NCBI GenBank assembly: GCA_963836705.1
Contig: CAWIKU010000011.1
Span: forward strand, 6,790 to 70,789
Source of the DNA: an uncultured Actinomycetes bacterium
Lineage (GTDB): Bacteria > Actinomycetota > Thermoleophilia > Gaiellales > Gaiellaceae
DNA: 64,000 bases
Direction of reading: 5' to 3'
Positions 1 through 10,725 of the stretch are shown piece after piece (the stretch's first letter is position 1; each line of letters begins with the position of its first letter). The position numbers were made by a program, and so were the translations under genes. Below the pieces are notes generated by a model. The model was given only the letters and a program-made list of their open reading frames with translations, had not been told where the DNA came from and did not search any database.

Positions 1-1
1 C

Positions 2-2485
2 GACTTCGTCGTCGAGTCGTCGATCGGCCACATCCGCGACCTGCCCCAGAACGCGTCCGAGGTACCCGCGAAGTACAAGGACGAGAAGTGGGCCCGTCTC
101 GGCGTGAACGTCGACAGCGAGTTCGAGCCGATCTACGTCGTCGACCCGCGGAAGCGGAAGGTCGTCTCCGAGTTGAAGGCGAAGCTCAAGAACGCGGACG
201 AGTTGCTGCTCGCGACGGACGAAGACCGCGAGGGGGAGGCAATCGCCTGGCACCTCGTGCAGGAGCTGAAGCCGAAGGTCCCGGTGCGCCGGATGGTCTT
301 CCACGAGATCACCCGCCCGGCGATCGAGCGCGCGCTCGCCGAGACCCGCAACATCGACCAGAGCCTCGTCGACGCTCAGGAAGCGCGCCGCGTGCTCGAC
401 CGGCTGTACGGCTACGAGGTTTCGCCGGTGCTCTGGCGGAAGGTGATGCAGGGACTATCTGCCGGACGCGTCCAGTCGGTCGCAACCCGGCTCGTGGTCG
501 AGCGAGAACGCGAGCGCTGGGAGTTCATCGCCGCGGGCTACTGGGACATCGTCGCGACGCTCGACCCGGGTGCCTTCACGGCGCGGCTCTCATCCGTCGA
601 CGGAGCGCGCGTCGCGCAGGGCCGCGACTTCGGACGAGACGGCGAGCTGAAGAGCAACGAGGTGGTGCAGCTCGTCGAGGACGATGCCCGCCGCCTGGCG
701 GCCTCGCTCGCACGCGCCGAGTTCCGGGTTGCATCGGTCGATGAGAAGCCGTACACCCGTCGCCCCGCGCCGCCGTTCATGACCTCGACGTTGCAACAGG
801 AGGCGAGCCGCAAGCTGCGGCTCTCGTCGCAGCAGACGATGCGCGTCGCGCAGCGCCTGTACGAGAACGGCTACATCACCTACATGCGCACCGACTCGAC
901 GACGCTGTCGGAGTCGGCACTGAGCGCGGCCCGCGACCAGGCCCGCGAACTGTACGGAGCCGATTCGGTGCCCGCCCAGCCGCGCCGCTACGAGCGGAAG
1001 GTGAAGAACGCGCAGGAGGCTCACGAGGCCGTGCGTCCCGCGGGCGACCGCTTCCGAACGCCGGACGATGTCGCCCGCGAGCTCTCGGGCGATGAGTTCC
1101 GCCTGTACGACCTGATCTGGAAGCGAACCGTCGCCTCACAGATGGCGGACGCTCGCGGGCAGACCGTCTCGGTGCGGATCGCCGCAGACGCGGACGACGG
1201 ACGCGCGGTCGAGTTCTCGACCGCCGGCACCGTGATCACCTTCCGGGGTTTCCTGCTCGCCTACGAGGAGGGACGCGACGATGCCGGAGACGATGCCGAG
1301 GAGAAGCGGTTGCCGAGCCTTGCCGCAGGCGACACGCTGGCCGCGACGGAGCTCGAGCCCGAGGGCCACTCGACGTCGCCGCCCGCCCGGTTCACCGAGG
1401 CCAGCCTGGTGAAGGCTCTCGAGGAGCGCGGGATCGGCCGGCCGTCGACCTACGCCGCGATCATGGGCACGATCCTCGACCGCGGGTACGTGCGGAAGCA
1501 AGGCCAGGCCCTGGTGCCCGAGTTCCTCGCCTTCGCGGTCGTCAATCTGCTCGAGCGTCACTTCCCGCAGCTCGTCGACTACGAGTTCACGGCGCGCATG
1601 GAGGACGACCTCGACGAGATCGCCGGCGGCGACGAATCTCGCATCGGCTGGCTACGCCGCTTCTACTTCGGCTCCGACGGCGACGACGGGCTGAAGGCGC
1701 TGGTCGAGCTGCAGCTCGGCGACATCGACGCGCGGGAGGTGAACACCGTCCCGATTCCGCGGAGCGACATCGTCGTGCGGGTCGGGAAGTACGGGCCGTA
1801 CCTCGAGCGTGGCGGAGAGCGCCAGACGTTGCCTCCCGACGTCGCGCCCGACGAGCTGACCCCCGAACGGGCCGCTGAGATCCTTGCCCAGGGCGGCCAG
1901 GAGCGCGAGCTCGGTGCCGACCCCGAGACCGGCCGGGCGATCGTGGTCCGCACGGGCCGCTACGGGCCGTATGTGACCGAGGTGCTGGAAGACGACGAGA
2001 AGCCTCGTACGGCCTCGCTCCTGCGTTCGATGAACCCCGAGACCGTCACCCTCGACGATGCGCTGCGGCTGCTGACGCTGCCCCGAACGCTCGGCACGAC
2101 GGACGGTGAGGACGTGATCGTGACGAACGGCCGCTACGGGCCCTACGTGAAGCGCGCCAAGGAGTCTCGCTCGCTCGAGACCGAAGAGGAGATGTTCACG
2201 ATCACGCTCGATGAGGCCCTCGCCAAGCTGGCCGAGCCGCGCACGCGCGGCCGCCGGGCCGCCGCCCCGCCGCTCCGCGAGCTGGGCGAGGATCCGGTCT
2301 CGAAGAAGCCGGTGACCCTGAAAGAAGGCCGTTTCGGCCCCTACGTCACGGACGGCGAGACCAATGCGAGCCTGCGCGCCTCCGATTCCGTCGAGTCGAT
2401 CACGACCGAGCGGGCCGCCGAGCTGCTCCAGGCTCGCCGAGAGCGCGGTCCGGCGAAGAAGCGCACCGCCAAGAAACGCTCGTAA
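2..2485 (+). CDS. topA: DNA topoisomerase I (type IA), 5'-truncated by the window edge
   Basis: The frame is open from nt 2 (DFVVESSIGHIRDLP...), so the gene continues upstream of the track's Met at 104. It has a type IA core. The C-terminus carries four G(K/R)(Y/F)GPY repeats and a Lys-rich tail (AKKRTAKKRS), typical of actinobacterial TopA, rather than Zn fingers. Confidence 0.93.
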   Translation, partial: DFVVESSIGHIRDLPQNASEVPAKYKDEKWARLGVNVDSEFEPIYVVDPRKRKVVSELKAKLKNADELLLATDEDREGEAIAWHLVQELKPKVPVRRMVFHEITRPAIERALAETRNIDQSLVDAQEARRVLDRLYGYEVSPVLWRKVMQGLSAGRVQSVATRLVVERERERWEFIAAGYWDIVATLDPGAFTARLSSVDGARVAQGRDFGRDGELKSNEVVQLVEDDARRLAASLARAEFRVASVDEKPYTRRPAPPFMTSTLQQEASRKLRLSSQQTMRVAQRLYENGYITYMRTDSTTLSESALSAARDQARELYGADSVPAQPRRYERKVKNAQEAHEAVRPAGDRFRTPDDVARELSGDEFRLYDLIWKRTVASQMADARGQTVSVRIAADADDGRAVEFSTAGTVITFRGFLLAYEEGRDDAGDDAEEKRLPSLAAGDTLAATELEPEGHSTSPPARFTEASLVKALEERGIGRPSTYAAIMGTILDRGYVRKQGQALVPEFLAFAVVNLLERHFPQLVDYEFTARMEDDLDEIAGGDESRIGWLRRFYFGSDGDDGLKALVELQLGDIDAREVNTVPIPRSDIVVRVGKYGPYLERGGERQTLPPDVAPDELTPERAAEILAQGGQERELGADPETGRAIVVRTGRYGPYVTEVLEDDEKPRTASLLRSMNPETVTLDDALRLLTLPRTLGTTDGEDVIVTNGRYGPYVKRAKESRSLETEEEMFTITLDEALAKLAEPRTRGRRAAAPPLRELGEDPVSKKPVTLKEGRFGPYVTDGETNASLRASDSVESITTERAAELLQARRERGPAKKRTAKKRS

Positions 2486-2651
2486 CGCGCGCAAAACAGT
2501 TCAGTTCGACATTCCGGCCTGGGAGTCGTCCATAATCCAACCGACCGCTTCGGAATGCCCGTGCCGCCGAACGCGTTCCCAAGGGCGGTACCCTGGCCCG
2601 TCAGCAGGTCTGATCTGACGTCCGCTGAAATGAAAGGACATCGATTTCCAC

Positions 2652-3725
2652 TTGACTCAGAGCCAGCTTTCCGAACTGCTCGACACCGAGAGCGCCCGTA
2701 GCCTGATCGAGGCGGGTGAGGAGCGCGGCTGGATCGAACCGGCCGAGCTCGAGGCCTTCGCCGTCGAGAATGACCTTCCCGAGGCGGAGATCGCGGACGT
2801 GGTCAAGGAGCTCGAGCGGATCGGGCTCGAAGTGCGCGAGCCCGTCACCGAGGAGACGAACACGAAGCACAAGCCGGAGCCCGTGGTCTACGAGGCCTCG
2901 GCGCCTTCCGGCGCGGGCGACAGCCTGCAGCTCTTCCTCGCCGACGTCGGCAAGCACAAGCTCCTGACCGCCCACGAGGAGGTCGTGCTCGCGAAGGCGA
3001 TCGAGCGCGGCGACGGCCGGGCCAAGCGTCGCATGATCGAGTCGAACCTGAGGCTCGTCGTCTCGATCGCAAAGGGCTACCGCGGACTCGGCGTTCCGTT
3101 CCTTGACCTGATCCAGGAGGGGACGCTCGGCCTGAACCGCGCCGTCGAGAAGTTCGACTGGCGCCGCGGCTACAAGTTCTCGACCTATGCGACCTGGTGG
3201 ATCCGCCAGAGCGTCCAGCGGGCCGTCGCGAACCACGCGCGGACGATCCGCGTCCCGGTCCACGTCGTCGAGCGCCAGCAGAAGCTGTCGCGCGCGGCGC
3301 GCCGCCTCGAGGTGGAGCTCGGCCGCGAAGCGACCAAGGAAGAGTTGGCGGAGGCGACCGGCCTGCCCCTGCAGCACGTCGAGGAGGCTCTCTCCGCGGC
3401 GTCCGCGTCGGTGTCGCTCAACCAGACGGTCGGAGCGGATGACGAGGGCGAGCTCGGCGACCTGTTCGCCGATCGCGAGGCTGCCGATCCGTTCGACGAG
3501 GCCGAAGAGTCGCTCCGCAGGCAGAACATCCGGAAGGCGCTCGATGCGCTACCTGAGCGCGAACGCCGGATCCTCGAGCTTCGCTTCGGGTTCGAGGGCG
3601 AGCCGTGGACGCTCGAGGCGATCGGGCATGAGCTCGACCTGACACGCGAGCGGGTCCGCCAGCTCGAGGGCCAGGCGCTCTCGCGGCTTGCGGCGCTGCG
3701 TGAGCTCGCCGGACTTGCCGCGTAG
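2652..3725 (+). CDS. rpoD: RNA polymerase principal (group 1-like) sigma-70 factor
   Basis: TTG start. Acidic region-1.1-like N-terminus. Region 2 is [17 protein letters not shown] and region 4.2 HTH is [15 protein letters not shown] 166-nt upstream intergenic region is available for a promoter. Confidence 0.9.
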   Translation: MTQSQLSELLDTESARSLIEAGEERGWIEPAELEAFAVENDLPEAEIADVVKELERIGLEVREPVTEETNTKHKPEPVVYEASAPSGAGDSLQLFLADVGKHKLLTAHEEVVLAKAIERGDGRAKRRMIESNLRLVVSIAKGYRGLGVPFLDLIQEGTLGLNRAVEKFDWRRGYKFSTYATWWIRQSVQRAVANHARTIRVPVHVVERQQKLSRAARRLEVELGREATKEELAEATGLPLQHVEEALSAASASVSLNQTVGADDEGELGDLFADREAADPFDEAEESLRRQNIRKALDALPERERRILELRFGFEGEPWTLEAIGHELDLTRERVRQLEGQALSRLAALRELAGLAA

Positions 3726-3748
3726 GCGCGCGAAGCGAGCGAAGCAGG

Positions 3749-4312
3749 ATGATCTTCACGGAGACGAAGCTCGCCGGAGCGTTCATCATCGATCTCGAGC
3801 GCAGGGAGGACTCTCGCGGGTTCTTCGCGCGCGCCTTCTGTCAGAACGAGTTCGCCAAGCACGGCTTGAAGACGACGATCGCTCAGGCGAATGTCGCCTC
3901 GAACAGTCACCGTGGCACGCTGCGCGGAATGCACTTCCAGTACCCGCCGGCCGCGGAGACGAAGCTCGTGCGCTGCACGCGCGGCGCGATTCTCGACATC
4001 ATCGTCGATCTGCGTCCGGAGAGCGGGACGTACCTCCAGCATGTCGCGGTCGAACTGAACGAGGACAACCAGCGCGCGCTCTACGTGCCGGAACGGTTCG
4101 CGCACGGCTACCAGGCGCTGCGCGACAATACGGACACGAGCTACCAGGTCGGCGAGTTCTACACCCCCGAGGCCGAAGGGGGGCTGTTGCACGACGACCC
4201 GCGTCTCGGCCTCGAATGGCCGTTGCCGGTGACCGTCATCTCGGAGAAGGATCAGCAGTTTTCGCCGCTCGACGAGATCGAGCCGGAGCTCAAGCGCCGC
4301 ATGGCGGTCTGA
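3749..4312 (+). CDS. rfbC: dTDP-4-dehydrorhamnose 3,5-epimerase family protein (RmlC cupin)
   Basis: RmlC signature layout: ...[10 protein letters not shown]..., [40 protein letters not shown]. No rfbA/B/D genes lie nearby. Confidence 0.8.
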   Translation: MIFTETKLAGAFIIDLERREDSRGFFARAFCQNEFAKHGLKTTIAQANVASNSHRGTLRGMHFQYPPAAETKLVRCTRGAILDIIVDLRPESGTYLQHVAVELNEDNQRALYVPERFAHGYQALRDNTDTSYQVGEFYTPEAEGGLLHDDPRLGLEWPLPVTVISEKDQQFSPLDEIEPELKRRMAV

Positions 4313-4330
4313 CCCACCGGCGACCACACG

Positions 4331-5650
4331 ATGATCATCGTCGACGACCTGCTCAAGGCGCGCGAAGCGGCTGGGAAGCCGATTCGCGTCGGGATGCTCG
4401 GCTCCGGCTTCATGGGCCAGGGCCTGACGAACCAGATCGCGAACAGCGTTCCCGGCATGCGGATGGTGGCGATCTACAGTCGCAAGCCGGCCAAGGCGGT
4501 CGAGGTCTTCCGTTACGCGGGTTGCGGCGAGCCGATCGTCGCGACGACCCAGTCGCAGCTCGACGACGCGATCCGTGCCGGCACGCCGGTCGTGACCGAG
4601 GACGCGATGCTGCTTGCTCGAGCGGAGGAGATCGACGTGTTGGTGGACGTCACGGGCTCGGTCGAGTTCGGCGCTCGGGTGTCATTGGAGGCGTTCAGCC
4701 ACAAGAAAGACGTGGTGCTGATGAACGCGGAGATCGACGCGACGATCGGGCCGATCCTGCAGACGTATGCGGAGCGGGAGGGCGTCATCCTCTCGGCCTG
4801 CGAGGGCGATGAGCCGGGTATTCAGGTCAACCTCTATCGCTGGGTACGTGGGCTCGGCTTGATTCCGCGAGTGCTCGGCAACGTCAAGGGCCTGCAGGAC
4901 CCGTATCGCAACCCGACCACACAGCAGGGCTTCGCCGAGCAGTGGGGCCAGAACCCGGCGATGGTGACCAGCTTCGCGGACGGCTCGAAGATCAACTTCG
5001 AGGAGTCGATCGTCGCCAACGCCACCGGGTTCACGGTCAAGTCGCGCGGGATGTCGCGCGGGGCGGAATACAAGGGCGATGTGATGAAGATCGGCGACTT
5101 GTACGACCTCGACGAGCTCCGCGAGCTCGGCGGGATCGTCGACTACACGGTGGGCACGCCGCTGACCAAGGTGTACTGCCTCGCCGAGCATCCTGATCCG
5201 AAGCAGCAGCACTACCTGAACCTCTACAAGATGGGCGACGGGCCGCTGTACCCATTCTTCATCCCGTACCACCTCGTCCACTTCGAGGTTCCGAACGCGA
5301 TCGCGCGCGTCGTCCTGCTGCGCGATTCGGTGGCGAAGCCGCTCGCCGGCCCGCTGGTCGAGGTGTGCGCCATCGCCAAGCGCGACCTGAGCGAGGGGGA
5401 GACGCTGGACGACTACGGCATGTACATGACCTACGGCGAGGCGGTCGCCGCCGACGAGATGAGCGCCAAGCGCTACCTGCCGGAGGGCCTCGTCGAAGGC
5501 TGCCGGCTCAAGCGTGCGATCGCGCAGGACGACGCGATCAGCTACGACGACGTCGAGCTTCCAGCTGGGCGGCTCGCCGACCGGCTCCGCGCCGAGCAGT
5601 ACAGCCACTTCCGCGGCGAGAGCTGGCTGGCCGACTTGTTGCCCGGCTAG
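4331..5650 (+). CDS. NAD(P)-binding oxidoreductase with C-terminal SAF domain (COG4091 'homoserine dehydrogenase-like')
   Basis: N-terminal Rossmann motif [13 protein letters not shown]-terminal SAF-like segment ([17 protein letters not shown]...). Strong GC3 coding signal. Confidence 0.65.
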   Translation: MIIVDDLLKAREAAGKPIRVGMLGSGFMGQGLTNQIANSVPGMRMVAIYSRKPAKAVEVFRYAGCGEPIVATTQSQLDDAIRAGTPVVTEDAMLLARAEEIDVLVDVTGSVEFGARVSLEAFSHKKDVVLMNAEIDATIGPILQTYAEREGVILSACEGDEPGIQVNLYRWVRGLGLIPRVLGNVKGLQDPYRNPTTQQGFAEQWGQNPAMVTSFADGSKINFEESIVANATGFTVKSRGMSRGAEYKGDVMKIGDLYDLDELRELGGIVDYTVGTPLTKVYCLAEHPDPKQQHYLNLYKMGDGPLYPFFIPYHLVHFEVPNAIARVVLLRDSVAKPLAGPLVEVCAIAKRDLSEGETLDDYGMYMTYGEAVAADEMSAKRYLPEGLVEGCRLKRAIAQDDAISYDDVELPAGRLADRLRAEQYSHFRGESWLADLLPG

Positions 5651-5652
5651 GG

Positions 5653-6723
5653 CTACACGCTCTCGCGGGCTGCGCCCTCGAGGTGGGGCCGGTCCTCCCG
5701 GACGCTGCCCTCGGCCTGCCGGATCTCGTCGTCCGTCATCGGCCACTTCTCGAGCGGGTAGTGGCACGCCGCGGCGTGGCCCGGCCCGAGCTCGCGCAGT
5801 TGAGGTTCCTCCACGTCGCAGTGACCTTGATGGAACCGTGGGCAACGAGGGTGGAACACGCAGGCCGCCGGCGGCGCGACGGGGGACGGCACGTCTCCGG
5901 TGAGGACGATCCGCTCGCGGCCTCCGGTCGTGGCACGCGGGACCGCCGACAGGAGCGCCGCCGTGTACGGGTGTTTCGGCTGCTCGTAGATCGACTCGCT
6001 CTCGCCGAGCTCGACGACTCGCCCGAGGTACATGACGGCGATGCGATCGGCGATCTGCCGGATCACCGACAGGTCGTGCGAGATGAAGACGTACGTCAGG
6101 TTGAAGTCGCGTTGCAGCGTGCGGAGCAGATTGAGCACCTGCGCTTGGATCGACACGTCCAGTGCGGAGACCGGCTCGTCGCAGATGATCAACCTCGGTG
6201 ACAGCGCCAGCGCGCGTGCGACGCCGATGCGTTGGCGCTGGCCTCCGGAGAACTCGTGCGGATAACGGTTGTAGTGCTCCGGGCTGAGCCCCACGGTCTC
6301 GAGCAGCTCCTGCACGCGTGTGCGGGCGCCCCGCTGCCCGTGGATCGCGAACGGCGAGCCGACGATCTGCCCGACCGTCTTGCGCGGGTTCAGGGACGAG
6401 TACGGGTCCTGGAAGATCATCTGCATCTCGCGCCGGAGTGGGCGCAGCGCACGTTGCGAGAGGGTCGAGATGTCCTGGCCGTCGAACCGGATCGTGCCGG
6501 AGGTCGGATCGAGCAGCCTGAGGATCAGGCGCGCCGTCGTCGACTTGCCGCAGCCGGACTCGCCGACGATCCCGAGCGTCTCGCCTTGACGAACCGTCAG
6601 AGAGACGTCTTCTACGGCATGTACCTCTGACTTGCCGCGAGCGAAGACGCCTTGCCTGACCTGGAACCGCTTCGTTAGATGCTCGACCTCGACGAGGTTC
6701 GCGGTGTCGTCGTGGCTGCTCAC
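5653..6723 (-). CDS. peptide ABC transporter ATP-binding protein (OppF/DppF-like)
   Basis: Walker [10 protein letters not shown], signature LSGGQRQR, Walker B LIICDE. C-terminal oligopeptide-transporter domain with 4 Cys. I call the start at the GTG at 6723, which overlaps the upstream stop (GTGA). The track's 447-aa N-terminal extension is Arg/Ala-rich junk. Confidence 0.9.
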   Translation of the reverse strand: MSSHDDTANLVEVEHLTKRFQVRQGVFARGKSEVHAVEDVSLTVRQGETLGIVGESGCGKSTTARLILRLLDPTSGTIRFDGQDISTLSQRALRPLRREMQMIFQDPYSSLNPRKTVGQIVGSPFAIHGQRGARTRVQELLETVGLSPEHYNRYPHEFSGGQRQRIGVARALALSPRLIICDEPVSALDVSIQAQVLNLLRTLQRDFNLTYVFISHDLSVIRQIADRIAVMYLGRVVELGESESIYEQPKHPYTAALLSAVPRATTGGRERIVLTGDVPSPVAPPAACVFHPRCPRFHQGHCDVEEPQLRELGPGHAAACHYPLEKWPMTDDEIRQAEGSVREDRPHLEGAARESV

Positions 6724-7754
6724 GCCCGCCCTTCCGCGGCGACTGCCAGGATCGAGCGTTTGGCGCCCTCCTCGAGCTTGCGCTCCCAGGGTAGGTGGCA
6801 GGCGTCGAGGTGCGCGTCTGGAGCAGGCGCGACGAGCGGCGGCCGCTCGGTCGAGCACGGCTCGAACCGGTGCGGGCAGCGCGGATGAAACGGGCAACCC
6901 GTCGGCGGGTTGATCAGCGACGGCGGTGATCCTTCGATCGGCACGAGTGCCGCGAGGCGGCGTTCGATCGTCGGCATCGAGTCGAGCAGACCCCACGCGT
7001 ACGGGTGCTGGGGCCGCTCGAAGATGTCGCGGGCAGGCCCGTACTCCATCACCCGCCCGGCGTACATCACCATCACGGACTTCGCCGTCTCGGCGACCAC
7101 GCCGAGATCGTGCGTGACGAGGATCACACCGATGTCGAACTCGCGCTTGACCTCCTCGATCAGCTCGAGGATCTGCGCTTGCACGGTGACGTCGAGTGCG
7201 GTCGTCGGCTCGTCGCAGATCAGCACGGCCGGGTTGTGGACGAGCGCCATCGCGATCATCGCCCGCTGCCGCATGCCGCCCGAGAACTGGTGGGGATAGT
7301 CGCGGGCGCGACCGGCCGCGTTCGGGATGCCGACGTGCTCGAGCAGCTCGACGGCTCGGTGGCGGGCGGCGGCCTTGCCTGCGTCGCTGTGTGCGAGGAA
7401 CGCCTCGGCGATCTGATCACCGACGCGATACATCGGGTGGAGGCACGCGAACGGATCCTGGAAGACCATCGCGATGTCCTTGCCGCGGATCTTGCGCAGC
7501 TCGTCCGGCGGGAGTGTGAGGAGGTCGCGCCCACCGAACAGGACCTCCCCGGAGATCTCGGTGCGGGCGCGGTTCAGCAGCCCCATGATGGCGAGGTTCG
7601 AGACGCTCTTCCCTGACCCGGACTCGCCGACGATCCCGAGCGTCTCGCCCCGTGAAAGCGTGTAACTGACGTCGCTGACCGCCTGCACGGTCCCGTCGGA
7701 CATCGGGAATCGAACTGTCAGGCCGCGGACCTGGAGGAGCGGTTCTGCGCTCAC
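6720..7754 (-). CDS. peptide ABC transporter ATP-binding protein (OppD/DppD-like)
   Basis: Walker [28 protein letters not shown]. 4-Cys C-terminal domain. The GTG start overlaps the permease stop (GTGA). Confidence 0.92.
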   Translation of the reverse strand: MSAEPLLQVRGLTVRFPMSDGTVQAVSDVSYTLSRGETLGIVGESGSGKSVSNLAIMGLLNRARTEISGEVLFGGRDLLTLPPDELRKIRGKDIAMVFQDPFACLHPMYRVGDQIAEAFLAHSDAGKAAARHRAVELLEHVGIPNAAGRARDYPHQFSGGMRQRAMIAMALVHNPAVLICDEPTTALDVTVQAQILELIEEVKREFDIGVILVTHDLGVVAETAKSVMVMYAGRVMEYGPARDIFERPQHPYAWGLLDSMPTIERRLAALVPIEGSPPSLINPPTGCPFHPRCPHRFEPCSTERPPLVAPAPDAHLDACHLPWERKLEEGAKRSILAVAAEGRA

Positions 7755-8716
7755 GCGTAGCGAACTCGAGGGTCGATGAAGGCGTACAGAATGTCGACGA
7801 TCAGGTTCGCGAGCGCGACGGCGATCGACGCGACCAGCACGACGCCGAGCACGACAGGCAAGTCCTGTTGCAGCGCGTCGTTGATAGCCAGGTAGCCGAG
7901 GCCTTGCAGGTTGAAGACCGATTCCGTGATCACCGCGCCGCCGACGAGCAGCGCGATGTCGAGGCCGAACATCGTCACGATCGGGGTGAGGCTTGCCCGC
8001 AACCCGTGCTTGAAGATCACCGTCCGCTCAGGCAATCCTTTGGCTCTGGCGGTCCTGATGTAGTCCTCGCCGAGCGTCTCGAGCAGGTTGTTGCGCGTCA
8101 TCCGGGCGTAGAACGCCGCGTAGAGCAGCGCGAGCACTCCCCAGGGCAGGATCATGTGCGAGAAGAAACCGGTGACGCTGGTGAGGGGCGAGACATAGCC
8201 GCTCCCGCCCGTCCACCCGAGCTGGCGCCAGAAGATGTAGAGCGCCATCAGCCCGAGCCAGAACACCGGCGTCGAGATGCCGAAGAGCGCGAACCCCATC
8301 GCAAGTCGATCGACCGCCGATCGCCGTTTCACCGCCGAGAGCACACCGATCGCGACGCCGGCGATCAGCCAGAGCATTGCCGCTCCTGCGATCAGGAGCA
8401 GCGTCCGTGGTGCGCGCGCGACGATCAGCGACTTGACCGAGCTGCCGCTGGCATACGTGTAGCCGAGGCCGGGCCAGCCGTACTTGTCGCCCGTGAAGAA
8501 GTGCCAGGAGAACCTGCCGAACTGGACGTACCAGGGCTTGTCGAGGCCGAGCCGGTGATGAATCTGCGCGATCTCGGCGTCGGTCGGGTTCTTGCCCGCG
8601 AAGCGAAGGGCGGGGTCGCCGGCCGGCAGAAGGTAGAAGACGGCGAACGTGATCGCGACTACGCAGGCGACGACGACCAGTGTCCAGACAAGCCTGCGTG
8701 CGATGTAGAGCGTCAT
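7751..8716 (-). CDS. peptide ABC transporter permease (OppB/DppB-like)
   Basis: N-terminus MTLYIARRLVWTLVV... typical of the OppB/DppB family. EAA-loop region YIRTARAKGLPERTVIFKHGLR. Confidence 0.9.
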   Translation of the reverse strand: MTLYIARRLVWTLVVVACVVAITFAVFYLLPAGDPALRFAGKNPTDAEIAQIHHRLGLDKPWYVQFGRFSWHFFTGDKYGWPGLGYTYASGSSVKSLIVARAPRTLLLIAGAAMLWLIAGVAIGVLSAVKRRSAVDRLAMGFALFGISTPVFWLGLMALYIFWRQLGWTGGSGYVSPLTSVTGFFSHMILPWGVLALLYAAFYARMTRNNLLETLGEDYIRTARAKGLPERTVIFKHGLRASLTPIVTMFGLDIALLVGGAVITESVFNLQGLGYLAINDALQQDLPVVLGVVLVASIAVALANLIVDILYAFIDPRVRYA

Positions 8717-8743
8717 GGCTTCCTTCGGTTCGGTGGGTTGAGT

Positions 8744-8773
8744 GAGGGGCGGGACGTTCTTGTCCCGCCCCTC
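8744..8773 (-). promoter_or_regulatory. intercistronic GC-rich stem-loop immediately after the substrate-binding-protein gene
   Basis: Perfect 12-bp inverted repeat GAGGGGCGGGAC / GTCCCGCCCCTC with a 6-nt loop. It starts 13 nt after the SBP stop (8787-8789) and ends 27 nt before the permease ATG (8716). No clear U-tract follows. Confidence 0.6.
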
Positions 8774-8786
8774 CTGTCCTGTCCGA

Positions 8787-10688
8787 TTACTGCTTGACGG
8801 ACACCGAGCTGTAGGCCGGGCCGTCGGTGAACTGGTCGTAGTTCCAGTGCGTGACCCTCGAGCTGATGATGAAGACGTTGTTGGGCCACAGGTACGGCAC
8901 CCACGGAACCACTTCGGTCATCAGCTTCTTGTCGACGCCCTCCCAGCAGTTCGTACGGTCTGTAGCGAGCTTGGCGCTGCAGTTGGCGATCTCGGAATCG
9001 ACAGACGGGACGTTGTCGATGTTGCCCGTCGCACCGACCTTCTTCGCAATCTCCGGCGTCAAGCCGACGAGCGAGTAGTTGGTGTTACCGGACTTGATGA
9101 TCGCGCCGGAGTCGAACAACTCCGCGAAGAAGGTGTACGGATCGGCGTAGTCCTTCCCCCAACTCGGCCGCTCGGAGAACGGGATGTTCTTCGAGGGAGT
9201 CTGGATGGTCGTATACGCGCCGTTGATCGAGTGCACCTTCAGCGTGATCCCGATCTTCGCGGCGTTCGCCTCGATGATCGGAATCATCCGCGTGTCGACA
9301 CCACGGGTGTCGGCGATCATCAGCACGCCCTTGCAGGCCGACGCCGTGCACTTGCCGGTCTTGCCGGGGTCGTACTTCGACTGCTTCATCTCCTCAGCCG
9401 CCTTGGCGACATCACCGGCGTTTCCGGCCGTCGCATACGGGTCGTACTCGGAGAGCCCGTTGTTGTAGAGCACCGGCGGCACGATGTGCGTAGCGATCGC
9501 GCCCGGGATCGGGCCGCCCCACGCCTTCTGGAGTGCAGCCTTGTCCATGATCCAGTTCATCGCCTTCCGGACGTGAACGTCGTCGAACGGTGGCTGCGTC
9601 AGGTTCATCGTGAAGTAGTTGGTGCGGTCACCGACGTTCGGGATCATCAGCTTTTTCAGGTCGGGTGTCGTCGCGTACGTGCGAATCGTCTTCGGAGCCG
9701 GGCTCGACACCTCGTCGTCGTACTGGCCCGACTGCACCTTCGCGAAGATGTCGTCGGCGTTCGAGTTCACGAGGAACTGGAACTGGTCAGGCCAGTTCTT
9801 CCGGTACGGGTCGGTCGACTGGTCGTAGCTCGGGTTGCGAACCAGGATGATGTGGTTCCCGTTCGCGCCGTCGTAGCCGCTCATCGACTTGACCCCGGCG
9901 CAGGTCGTGTCCTTGATCTTGTCGGCACCCTGGATCATGTAGGGGCCGCTGGAGACGACGTCACGTCCGTAGTCGCCTGGCTTCCCTTCGAAGCATTTGG
10001 CGACCTCCTCCGGGATCGGTGCCGTCGCCGGCATCGACATGCGGAGGTTGAAGTCACCGGCCCGCTTCGTCAGGTGGAAGACGATCGTGTGGTCGTCCGG
10101 CGTGACGATGCCGGAGACGGTCTTGGCGGTGCCGTTCGCTACTGCGTCCCAGCCCTTGATCACGGTGTAGTAGAAGGAGTACTGGCCGCCGTCGTTCGGG
10201 TTGGCGAGCCGGTTCATCGCGTAGGCGACATCCTTCGACGTGACCACCCGGTTGACCGGCGGTCCGAACTTGACGCCTTGCCGGAGCTTGTACGTGTAGG
10301 TAAGCCCTCTGTCCGTCGGGCTCGGCACCTCGGTGGCGAGGTCGCCGACCAGCTCGTTGCCCGCGGCTCCGGGCTGATGCTTGTAGCCCACGAGCGCGCG
10401 AAGCATCAGGTTGGAGTACAGCCCCCAGGCGTTGCCGAGGTACTCGCCGGTCGGGTCGAAGTTGTTGGTGAACCCGAACGACTGTTCCCAGCCGATGCGG
10501 TAGATGCCGCCCTTTGTTGATGTGCCGTTGTCGTAGGTGCCCGAGCCGACCGCGGAGTTGCTGCCGCCTGAGCTCGACGTCGTCGTGGTCGTTTCAGACG
10601 ACGATTTCTTTGATCCGCAGCCGGCGACAAGCACCGCCAAGGCGGAGACGGCCGCCAGCACGAGAGCGAGCCGTGCGAGTTTCTTCAT
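8787..10688 (-). CDS. ABC transporter substrate-binding lipoprotein, family 5 (peptide/nickel)
   Basis: Lipoprotein signal MKKLARLALVLAAVSALAVLVAGC, followed by a Ser/Thr/Gly-rich linker. Length and sequence fit a family-5 SBP. Sits inside the opp-like operon. Confidence 0.9.
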   Translation of the reverse strand: MKKLARLALVLAAVSALAVLVAGCGSKKSSSETTTTTSSSGGSNSAVGSGTYDNGTSTKGGIYRIGWEQSFGFTNNFDPTGEYLGNAWGLYSNLMLRALVGYKHQPGAAGNELVGDLATEVPSPTDRGLTYTYKLRQGVKFGPPVNRVVTSKDVAYAMNRLANPNDGGQYSFYYTVIKGWDAVANGTAKTVSGIVTPDDHTIVFHLTKRAGDFNLRMSMPATAPIPEEVAKCFEGKPGDYGRDVVSSGPYMIQGADKIKDTTCAGVKSMSGYDGANGNHIILVRNPSYDQSTDPYRKNWPDQFQFLVNSNADDIFAKVQSGQYDDEVSSPAPKTIRTYATTPDLKKLMIPNVGDRTNYFTMNLTQPPFDDVHVRKAMNWIMDKAALQKAWGGPIPGAIATHIVPPVLYNNGLSEYDPYATAGNAGDVAKAAEEMKQSKYDPGKTGKCTASACKGVLMIADTRGVDTRMIPIIEANAAKIGITLKVHSINGAYTTIQTPSKNIPFSERPSWGKDYADPYTFFAELFDSGAIIKSGNTNYSLVGLTPEIAKKVGATGNIDNVPSVDSEIANCSAKLATDRTNCWEGVDKKLMTEVVPWVPYLWPNNVFIISSRVTHWNYDQFTDGPAYSSVSVKQ

Positions 10689-10725
10689 TCGGGACTGCTC
10701 CTTTCTTCTGGGGGTTGGGGTGTGT

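Noticed and set aside
8742-10520. 592-aa plus-strand ORF
   Set aside because: It is antisense to the family-5 substrate-binding lipoprotein gene. The sequence is Arg/Val/Asp-rich with no motifs. It is a high-GC artefact.
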